Part shown: piece after piece, positions 58,401 to 64,000 of the stretch | Numbering within the stretch: position 1 is the first letter of the stretch | How the letters are laid out: each line of letters opens with the position of its first letter | Assembly: GCA_001629255.1 (NCBI GenBank) | Contig: LURZ01000009.1 | Location: forward strand, 20,876-84,875 | Direction: 5' to 3' | Length of the DNA stretch: 64,000 nucleotides | From: Marine group II euryarchaeote REDSEA-S42_B7 | GTDB lineage: Archaea; Thermoplasmatota; Poseidoniia; Poseidoniales; Thalassarchaeaceae | Program-made: the position numbers and the translations under genes | The notes under the pieces: model-generated | Databases searched by the model: none | What the model saw: the letters and a program-made list of their open reading frames with translations, nothing else | What the model was told of the DNA's origin: nothing

Positions 58401-60633
58401 AATGACCAACTGGTCTTACCAGGTCAACGAATCCGGATTCTCACTTGACCAGTATGAGTCTCGTACCGTACTCCTAAGCATCACACTCCCCCCTCTCAGG
58501 GACGGGGATCAGATTCTCGTAGCCGACGTGATCCACAACCTCACCATGAGAGCGGTAAACATCACAGACCCGTTCCCCACATGGCCTGCAACAAGAATGG
58601 TCGATGGAGTGGCTCAGCCCGTTCCACTGTCTGAGAGGGTCGCAATTGGCGGGGGCGTACCTGCTGGGACTTCGACGCTCAAAGTCAAGGTCCTCCCCGT
58701 CTTCGATGTGGAATTGACCAAGTCCCCGCAGAGGATAGCAATAGTCCCCGGAGTGGACAGGTCAATCGAATTCGAAATGGAGAACAAGGGCAACGCACCA
58801 ATCGACCTAACCATACAGTGGGAAACCATAGACATGGAACAGGACGACTCGAAGCCAGATAGGTTCGAAGTCCGAAACTCGCTAGGCTCTACAAATCTGT
58901 ACCTGCAAGTTGGGCAGACCAGCTCAATCAGCTTCGAATTCGGAATGACACACAATGACACGATCATGGGCGAGCAAGGAACGTTCATCCTGAAGAGAGT
59001 ACCAGTGGACGCTGCAATGGAAACCCAGCAGAACTCCTTCCCGATCACCGTCGTCAGAGCCCAGACCGATGACATTTACACCCTGAGCGCCGACGCCGCC
59101 GGCCAGTACCAGTGCGAAAACAACGATGACCCGAATTGCAGGCAGATAGAGATACCATGGGTGGACATAAACTACCGAGACAGCTCATTCGACCCAAGAT
59201 CCTACACACTGGCAATGAACGGGGACAAGGACCCCTATGACGCTATAGCAGACCCCCCAGAGCGCCTCGTGGACTCAAACAGCTACCCCAAGGTTCACTG
59301 GTGGCTATACATCGACCACGACGTCGATGCACGTTCTGCTAGGTGTGAACTAGCAGATGTTGATGGAAAAGGAATCTTAGCTGATGATGATACAAGGGAG
59401 ACATGCAACTCGGCTTGGGAACTCGACGCTACCACTCCCTATGAGGGAGGGAGCCCAGACCCAGCTCACGGGGGGACCATCATACTCCAGGTAATTATCC
59501 CCGAGAAGCAGCTGGACGGGGTTGCAGCGGGAGATGGTTGGAACATCTTCCTGCAACTAAGACACCCGGAGGAGCCCAAGACAACGGAGTACTCAACCGA
59601 TCTGGTCGTCAAACTAAGGATGACAGAATCGACTGACCCCCTCGTCAACAGCATAACATTCAGGGGAGAGGGCGTAGAGGGAGAGAGCACTTTCATCGAC
59701 GTTACCGTGATAAACGCAGGATACGCAGTAATGCCGACACAATCCCAACTTAACCTCGACTGCTCTTCCACGCCATACGCAGACGTGACGAACATGTTCG
59801 CACCGTACACGATACCAGCTCTCGAGGCGAACGGGAACTTCACTGCTTCATGGGCCGTGGAACTAAACCCAATCCCATGGTATAAATCCTCAGAGACACT
59901 GACTTGCTCCGCATACATCACCTACCCGGACATCATAATGCAGATGGGCGGAATCTTCGGCAACGTCGTAGAAAATGACGTCCTGACGGAGGACCTGTCC
60001 ATTGCCTCATGGTCCACTCCATCCCTCGAACTATCCGGTCTCCAACTCCCGTCCGCGCTTCTAATCGCAGCACTCCTACTCCTCCTGGCGGTATCGCTCA
60101 TCAGACAGGGACTGGAAGAGCAAGAGAGCCGCCTGCACGCGTCATCGTACGTGGCTGCCATGGCATTCGGGGCCCTCTCGCTAACCGGCGCCTCCACGAT
60201 ACTATCACTCCTCTGCGCTCTAGCCTCCATCTTGTTCGCTGGGCTTGTAGCATGGCTATCCTCCAGCGAGCTCCAGGCGATCCATGACGACAGGAAGAAG
60301 GCCAGAATCGGAACTATGGCACTGTTGGAGGATCACGACAAGGAGCAGCGGAACACCAGGAACGAGCTCCGGGCCATCATCTCCTGCTCTCCCTACGCCT
60401 TCCTTCCATTCGTACTGATATCTCCATCCCTAGCCATAGACCTGGGGGCATCGTCGCTGATGTCCATAATCGGATTCATGATAGCATCGCCCATCCTAGT
60501 GCACGTTATCCTGAAATTCCTGGACAGCTCTTACGACAGGCTCTACAGCGAACTCGCTGACATAGAGCTCCGAGCTATCAGAATCAAGAAGATCCTCGGA
60601 AGGGCAGGCCAGAAGCCGGGAGGTGGGAACTGA
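55438..60633 (+). CDS. giant (1731 aa) cell-surface protein with at least 10 CARDB/NEW3-like beta-sandwich modules and a polytopic C-terminal membrane domain
   Basis: The ATG is preceded by GGAGGGGAG, and there is an N-terminal signal/anchor (KATVLVALLFLSPLLAG). A module signature recurs, for example VVNTGNQPVDVT, ILQNSGTVEDNFTV, LMNTGTAPAQYQI, VLENTGNDPANFTI, LLNNTGNKNITYNL, VLRNDGNLMETLNL and EMENKGNAPIDLTI. The last ~230 aa contain 4-5 hydrophobic helices. Confidence 0.85.
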   Translation: MAKHSSQESSRNLHRTTKTASKATVLVALLFLSPLLAGIPVATDEENPMQSSTRQMGPDVVVTDLDVTTPSAIVGGTPTLAPVDHTIVVGTTNQGGSTAEGNVTLKVDGVLVDIRYATITPGGQVNSLMYWDATSLSGTGYEITAEWAPSSSSSDSDSSNNQMSLSGVSIAEVESASDIADSLPSDGSSLARALWEGAITVVNTGNQPVDVTAQLTLTPSLGGSSVSLSSSTEELLPGSLANPPTPANITISFDGSGLEGDYTLSGSILVSGSTQGSVTIDSRIVSFVALRASLIPANNRNVDPGSQTTLNFILQNSGTVEDNFTVTQSNNSDPANYWVNITDQIHDSTNLLNVGAQQTHAIQIPVEVPADAANGDAVIVTLTIQSDTAGYVLSASTMVMAGGTFSAEIFQNHSHSMGENFANITPGSPRTLQYTLMNTGTAPAQYQIDVGATESVPYWIIDSPVTITDVMLPNETRTLPVTITTPELEMPLNPSWKVSSIERVDLMVQAIPLQGGVPAVNQTTLLIDSIVELDISVTSEIDDITVNDIIGGNTDRFVGFEVTIVHNLGSSNTLAQVSLSAMPCTSLAPTTAASGSPWKQSTCSNGKVFLQNTPAGSSLIENSRWTATVQTSSSSSASTLELLPGETGYGMVGLSFGPTPDFQYPSAGHLNFSFMATSSWAAFSGAISRNATATVSMSIAELWSAELTSSGAANGDPGTAISSEVVLENTGNDPANFTIGYVPKPGWTITLGSTAANLVPSMTNLYNDGSSTQNQRTITVTATPPASARADETHQVWVYANSTETGELLAYAPALFTLTEVISAELYPPSSTAVITPSPSLDSRVGQKTLIALLNNTGNKNITYNLSLDNLDADKIRVCFSEEMQPCVTESTLLVPAGSQGIVRIYSTAGEDSRADEDQRFFLNASYDGDLMSSSEWKVQVAPDHAILFISTTDVSAAPGNTVDLEVVLRNDGNLMETLNLTVTFPEGMTNWSYQVNESGFSLDQYESRTVLLSITLPPLRDGDQILVADVIHNLTMRAVNITDPFPTWPATRMVDGVAQPVPLSERVAIGGGVPAGTSTLKVKVLPVFDVELTKSPQRIAIVPGVDRSIEFEMENKGNAPIDLTIQWETIDMEQDDSKPDRFEVRNSLGSTNLYLQVGQTSSISFEFGMTHNDTIMGEQGTFILKRVPVDAAMETQQNSFPITVVRAQTDDIYTLSADAAGQYQCENNDDPNCRQIEIPWVDINYRDSSFDPRSYTLAMNGDKDPYDAIADPPERLVDSNSYPKVHWWLYIDHDVDARSARCELADVDGKGILADDDTRETCNSAWELDATTPYEGGSPDPAHGGTIILQVIIPEKQLDGVAAGDGWNIFLQLRHPEEPKTTEYSTDLVVKLRMTESTDPLVNSITFRGEGVEGESTFIDVTVINAGYAVMPTQSQLNLDCSSTPYADVTNMFAPYTIPALEANGNFTASWAVELNPIPWYKSSETLTCSAYITYPDIIMQMGGIFGNVVENDVLTEDLSIASWSTPSLELSGLQLPSALLIAALLLLLAVSLIRQGLEEQESRLHASSYVAAMAFGALSLTGASTILSLLCALASILFAGLVAWLSSSELQAIHDDRKKARIGTMALLEDHDKEQRNTRNELRAIISCSPYAFLPFVLISPSLAIDLGASSLMSIIGFMIASPILVHVILKFLDSSYDRLYSELADIELRAIRIKKILGRAGQKPGGGN

Positions 60634-60634
60634 G

Positions 60635-61678
60635 ATGGCACGGACGAAGGCACCCGCGACGGGAGGGGCCGAGGCCACTCTCAAGCGGATCGACTACATC
60701 GAGGAAGAGGCCGAGAACATCCAGTTCGCGATCTGGGCAAACAGGCCCATCGGCGCCAGAAAGATGCTGAGAGAACTATCGAAGGAGGTCGAAGAGGCAG
60801 AAGGCCAGATCATGGACCTCTACAGGGCGCTCTCATCGCTAGAGCGATCTCTCGAGGAGCTCGAGCAGATGTCAGAGGGCGATCGAAACGCCTGGGACCT
60901 GACAATGCTAGGCCTGCAGCACCTCAGGGAGGGGAACTGGGGAGCAGCAGCAGATTGCGTAGAGGGCGCAGTCGCATCGATGGGCAAAGAAGGACTCGAG
61001 AGGTCACTGAACACCCTTGGAAGGCACCTCAACGAGATGGGTGAGCTCAGCGACATAGAGGACATCGCACTCACGCTGGTCAACCAGGGCAAGGAGGCAC
61101 TCGACTCCGACCTCTCGTCCGCGGCAAAGGCGTTCGAGGACGCAATCAGCGCACTCGGCCCAGTCGCAGTCAACGAGGCTGCCAGCCCCTTCCTCGTGAA
61201 CAGCTTCTTCCTCTCCATAGGGACGACATGGCCAGAGGGCAAGGACCACGCCCTGATGGTGATCACACTTGAGAACACCGGGGAGAACAACATCTCCACC
61301 ATGAGGCTTGCCCCGCCAATACCGTACGGATGGTCTGCCACTCCGAAGATGTGCGAGATCCCCGAGATACCCCCAGATGGCTTCATCGAGATCGGTATCG
61401 AGATCAGGCCATCCGGATCCTTCCCATCCACAGCACTCCTTGGAAGCAGCCTGAACATCACCACCGGATACGACGTAGAGTACGGTAGCCTCAAGATCCA
61501 GACCCGGGTCGAGAACAGGACTCCAAACACCATGCAGGGGCTCCTGTTGGATCCATGGATGCCAGAGGGCTTCGAGACGATGAGGCTCCCACTCGTGGAG
61601 AACCTCGGACCAGGGGATGTCGTTCACGTTCCCATCGAGGTACTGAACCTACGAGAAGCAGTAGGAATTGGTAGCTAA
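60635..61678 (+). CDS. coiled-coil plus CARDB-like beta-sandwich protein without signal peptide, hypothetical
   Basis: The ATG at 60635 lies 1 nt after the giant ORF stop and is preceded by GGAGGTGGG. The track start, GTG at 60623, overlaps the giant ORF. The N-terminal ~190 aa are helical and Glu/Leu-rich. The C-terminal domain has VITLENTGENNISTMRL. No TM helix. Confidence 0.7.
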   Translation: MARTKAPATGGAEATLKRIDYIEEEAENIQFAIWANRPIGARKMLRELSKEVEEAEGQIMDLYRALSSLERSLEELEQMSEGDRNAWDLTMLGLQHLREGNWGAAADCVEGAVASMGKEGLERSLNTLGRHLNEMGELSDIEDIALTLVNQGKEALDSDLSSAAKAFEDAISALGPVAVNEAASPFLVNSFFLSIGTTWPEGKDHALMVITLENTGENNISTMRLAPPIPYGWSATPKMCEIPEIPPDGFIEIGIEIRPSGSFPSTALLGSSLNITTGYDVEYGSLKIQTRVENRTPNTMQGLLLDPWMPEGFETMRLPLVENLGPGDVVHVPIEVLNLREAVGIGS

Positions 61679-61717
61679 TTTACCGCTCAGAACTGGATTA
61701 TCCAGCACATTTTCCAG

Positions 61718-61731
61718 TAATATCATAAATG
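61718..61731 (+). promoter_or_regulatory. TATA-like element upstream of archaellin gene 1
   Basis: The element taatatcataaatg lies 36-49 nt upstream of the ATG at 61767. GGGTGA (SD-like) lies 7 nt upstream of the ATG. Assigned from position and composition only. Confidence 0.3.
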
Positions 61732-61766
61732 ATTAGCATTCACAGGGGGGCACGGGTGAACACGCA

Positions 61767-62405
61767 ATGAGCGAAGAATACCAGACAGTAGAAAGAAACC
61801 GAGAGGAAGGCTCCATCGGTATCGGTGCGATGATCGTCTTCATCGCCCTGATCCTAGTGGCCGCAGTTGCTTCGACGATCATCATCAAGACCGCCGAAGA
61901 GCTACAGCAGAACAACGCAGAGCAGACCAGCAGCGACACGAGGAAGGAGATTTCCGGGAAGATCAACATCGTACAGGCGCTTGTGAACACGTCGAGCTCG
62001 ACCGACGTCGAGAGCATGGTCTTCACGGCCAAGGTCGCCGCTGGAGCCCAGAACCTGGTTGCCCAGAACATCAACTGGCTCTTGACATGCGGTGACTCTG
62101 CAGCATACGGGCTCGTGGCAGGTAACCTCGGAACCGCCGCACTAGGGGGAACCGATGCTGAAGGTACCACCATCGACGGAACGGAGTCACAGAACGCGGA
62201 CAACCTCGACGGCACCGACTTCGGGACCGGTGAGATGGCCGCTGGCACCATATTCCGCTTTGACATAATTACCAATGGTGGGGACTGCGACACTCTAGCC
62301 GGAATCGGCGAGACGATGCTCCTCAAAATCATAGTAACCGATGGTGGCACAACCGTCACAGAACTGAAGATAGACTCACTAACCGCGGGGGCATCGGTGG
62401 TTTAG
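61767..62405 (+). CDS. arlB: archaellin (archaeal flagellin)
   Basis: It has a class III signal peptide and hydrophobic N-terminus: ...REEG|SIGIGAMIVFIALILVAAVASTIIIKTAEELQQN. It is 212 aa. The next gene starts immediately at TAGATG. Confidence 0.9.
   Translation: MSEEYQTVERNREEGSIGIGAMIVFIALILVAAVASTIIIKTAEELQQNNAEQTSSDTRKEISGKINIVQALVNTSSSTDVESMVFTAKVAAGAQNLVAQNINWLLTCGDSAAYGLVAGNLGTAALGGTDAEGTTIDGTESQNADNLDGTDFGTGEMAAGTIFRFDIITNGGDCDTLAGIGETMLLKIIVTDGGTTVTELKIDSLTAGASVV
61815..61913 (+). repeat. 99-bp perfect direct repeat, copy 1 (archaellin N-terminal coding region)
   Basis: My by-eye alignment finds it identical to 62463..62561. The 5 bp upstream also match, separated from the repeat by one mismatched base (ggctcC vs ggctcG). 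Confidence 0.9.
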
Positions 62406-63024
62406 ATGGGAGGTGATAGCATTAACGAGAGGATTCCAAGAGACCAAGAGGACTCGGGCTCGATCGGTATCGGTGCGATGATCGTCTTCATCGCCCTGAT
62501 CCTAGTGGCCGCAGTTGCTTCGACGATCATCATCAAGACCGCCGAAGAGCTACAGCAGAACGGTTGCGATCACAGACCTGATCATAAGAACCACCGGTGA
62601 CGACTTGGGATCAGGAACAGACCACGTGGCTACATTCGACGTTTTGTGGAGGGTATCGTCCGGTTCAACCGGCATCTACCCAGGTGACGTCTCCTACTAC
62701 ATCACGTGCGATCTCAGCGCAAACACTGGACTGGGTCTCGGCTTCGACGACGGACTCCTCCCAGCATCCAGCATAATTACCGAGACCCCAATAGCCGCCA
62801 CTACCGAGCTGACGGCCGGAAACACCTACTACAGCACGATTACCCTAGGAAACTCGGACTCGGACAGTGACGGTGACGTGGACACGGCCGACGTTAACCC
62901 AGGCTGCGACACCACCGCAACCCAAGGCGAGACCCTGAATATGCGAATAGTCGTTGACGGCGGCGGAGAGACCCTGACGGAGTTCACAGTACACTCCCTG
63001 ACTTGGGGCTCTTCGATGATGTGA
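62406..63024 (+). pseudogene. second archaellin paralog, reading frame disrupted just after the conserved N-terminal helix
   Basis: Frame A (62406..62600) encodes the signal peptide plus SIGIGAMIVFIALILVAAVASTIIIKTAEELQQN, then GCDHRPDHKNHR and a stop. Frame B (to 63024) encodes the rest, VAITDLIIRTTGDD...GETLNMRIVVDGGGETLTEFTVHSLTWGSSMM. That C-terminus parallels the gene 1 C-terminus GETMLLKIIVTDGGTTVTELKIDSLTAGASVV. Confidence 0.7.
62463..62561 (+). repeat. 99-bp perfect direct repeat, copy 2
   Basis: It is identical to 61815..61913. Identity ends right after the codons for ELQQN. Confidence 0.9.
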
Positions 63025-63075
63025 GACCCTTACAGGTTAGAGGTGCCTTGCGAGGTGGGATCATGAGGTGTTGGA

Positions 63076-63894
63076 ATGGGATTACTAGACAAATTCAGGT
63101 CTGGCTCTAGTGGCTCCTCCGATGCCGACCCCAGGATGTCATCCAGGCTGGACAAGGTAGCAAGGCTGAGCGTCGAGCACGTGGACATCCCAACCGAGTT
63201 CAGGCCGACAGACCTGGAGGCATGGCTTTTCGCCCCTTCCGGGACCAGGGTCGGCGTTCTCGGTGACCCTCAGGCGAGCCAGGGGCAGGACAAGATCCCG
63301 GAGCTGGTGGACATGGTCAAGGACAGGTTCGAGAGGCTGGAGACGGCAATGGACCTGATGGAGGCCAACATCAAGATGACCGCCCAGCAGACAGCGAAGA
63401 TAGCAGCCGATTCCGTATCTGCGGCAAGCGCCTCCGCAGGCGCTTCCCAAGACGTGATACACACCGTGGGCGATGACGGAGAGGTCACTAGCCGACCCGT
63501 GGACTCTCCCGCGTCTGAGGGCGAAGGGCCCCTATCCCATGGTGGAAAGGCCGGAGGCCCGGGACTCCTAGACCTCTACGAGGCCCAGTCCTTGGCCGTC
63601 AACCCCTTCCTGAAGAGCGGAGAGGCAGACGCCTTGATGCACGGGCCGTCAGTTGACCCCACGAAGATAGTGGCCCTTCTGCTCGACAACATGAGCGGGG
63701 CAGACTCGCTGGGATTCCTAAAGGCCGCCTCAAAGTCGGGAGTGATCACCGCGGCAGAGGAGAAGGCGCTGAGCTCAATTGCCGCGCTGGCAGAGGCCGG
63801 GGCAGAGTCAGAGGGAGCACCAACGGTCGACAACAGGACGCTCCTGACCTTCGCAGCGATGATCGAGGCTTGGAGGGCCCAGGGGACTCCCTAG
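63076..63894 (+). CDS. hypothetical protein in the archaellum cluster (accessory protein, family not recognised)
   Basis: It is 272 aa, Ala/Gly/Ser-rich and acidic, with no TM helix. It has an ATG start and lies directly downstream of the archaellins with the same codon bias. Confidence 0.6.
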   Translation: MGLLDKFRSGSSGSSDADPRMSSRLDKVARLSVEHVDIPTEFRPTDLEAWLFAPSGTRVGVLGDPQASQGQDKIPELVDMVKDRFERLETAMDLMEANIKMTAQQTAKIAADSVSAASASAGASQDVIHTVGDDGEVTSRPVDSPASEGEGPLSHGGKAGGPGLLDLYEAQSLAVNPFLKSGEADALMHGPSVDPTKIVALLLDNMSGADSLGFLKAASKSGVITAAEEKALSSIAALAEAGAESEGAPTVDNRTLLTFAAMIEAWRAQGTP

Positions 63895-63906
63895 GGGGGA
63901 TGGGTA

Positions 63907-64000
63907 TTGGCTGGTTCTAGCGTAGCTGCGATGGTCGTCGGCACCGTCTTCATAATGATATTCGGAATGGCAACTGTCACACTGGTCGAGAGCGTCAACG
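63907..64000 (+). CDS. partial ORF, ArlF/ArlG (FlaF/FlaG)-like N-terminus; continues beyond the window
   Basis: Hand translation from TTG at 63907 gives (M)AGSSVAAMVVGTVFIMIFGMATVTLVESVN. A short polar leader followed by a hydrophobic helix is seen in archaellum FlaF/FlaG proteins. The ATG at 63900 is in another frame and hits a stop after 6 codons. Confidence 0.3.
   Translation, partial: MAGSSVAAMVVGTVFIMIFGMATVTLVESVN

Noticed and set aside
60820-62359. Three long minus-strand ORFs (237, 207 and 208 aa), antisense to the coiled-coil/CARDB-like gene and archaellin 1.
   Set aside because: Their translations are Ser/Pro/Ala-rich with no motifs. Long antisense ORFs are expected where GC3 is high. 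The sense-strand genes have clear signatures, namely a class III signal peptide and SD-linked starts.
62540-62600. Programmed ribosomal frameshifting as the explanation for the split archaellin 2.
   Set aside because: No slippery heptamer or downstream structure is evident. The paralog comparison instead indicates that a ~15-codon segment is missing, so a deletion or assembly error is the simpler explanation.
1-64000. A search for CRISPR arrays, rRNA genes, IS elements, integrases, toxin-antitoxin pairs and known defence-system genes.
   Set aside because: I noticed no regularly spaced short repeats. No translation had Cas, transposase (DDE), recombinase (R-H-R-Y), reverse transcriptase or helicase-nuclease signatures. 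The only long repeat I found by eye is the archaellin 99-mer pair.

Overview
This 64-kb window is a very gene-dense chromosomal segment of an archaeon, roughly nine-tenths coding by eye. Archaeal hallmarks read from the translations are a thermosome subunit, a DnaG-type Toprim primase, primase large subunit PriL, and deoxyhypusine synthase abutting a pyruvoyl AdoMet decarboxylase. Further hallmarks are archaeal phosphopantothenate synthetase, geranylgeranyl reductase, a Pcc1-like protein, DUF373, an MptE-like kinase, a THEP1-like NTPase and two archaellin genes with class III signal peptides. The window also encodes secreted hydrolases (a BNR/Asp-box lipoprotein and a membrane-anchored S8 protease), an MMPL/RND exporter and a 1731-aa surface protein. 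Together this fits a motile heterotrophic planktonic euryarchaeon (Marine Group II/Poseidoniales-like), but that placement is inference only. Most genes are housekeeping: Thr/Met/Cys metabolism, purH and purN, enolase, NAD and CoA steps, gcvH and RNase HI. There is one tRNA-Leu(GAG). I saw no rRNA, CRISPR array, integrase, transposase or recognisable defence nuclease. Four loci deserve a second look. (i) 54.1-64.0 kb holds a tandem-DUF2135-like membrane protein divergent from a giant CARDB-like-repeat surface protein with a polytopic C-terminal anchor. A coiled-coil/beta-sandwich partner follows 1 nt after the giant gene's stop, then two archaellin paralogs sharing a 99-bp perfect repeat (the second disrupted), all coinciding with a GC/codon-usage step near 59.9 kb. 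(ii) 45.0-47.7 kb holds an orphan gamma-class methyltransferase-like protein with an atypical catalytic motif, next to a small wHTH-like protein. (iii) 16.2-21.1 kb is a low-GC glycan-modification islet that includes a sulfotransferase. (iv) 28.3-30.3 kb is a four-gene operon of TerB-like, HEAT-like, small helical and MobA-like proteins. All family calls come from motif recognition by eye; no HMM or BLAST search was run. Many track ORF starts are first-in-frame TTG/GTG and look over-extended, so I give the start I consider most likely and say so.
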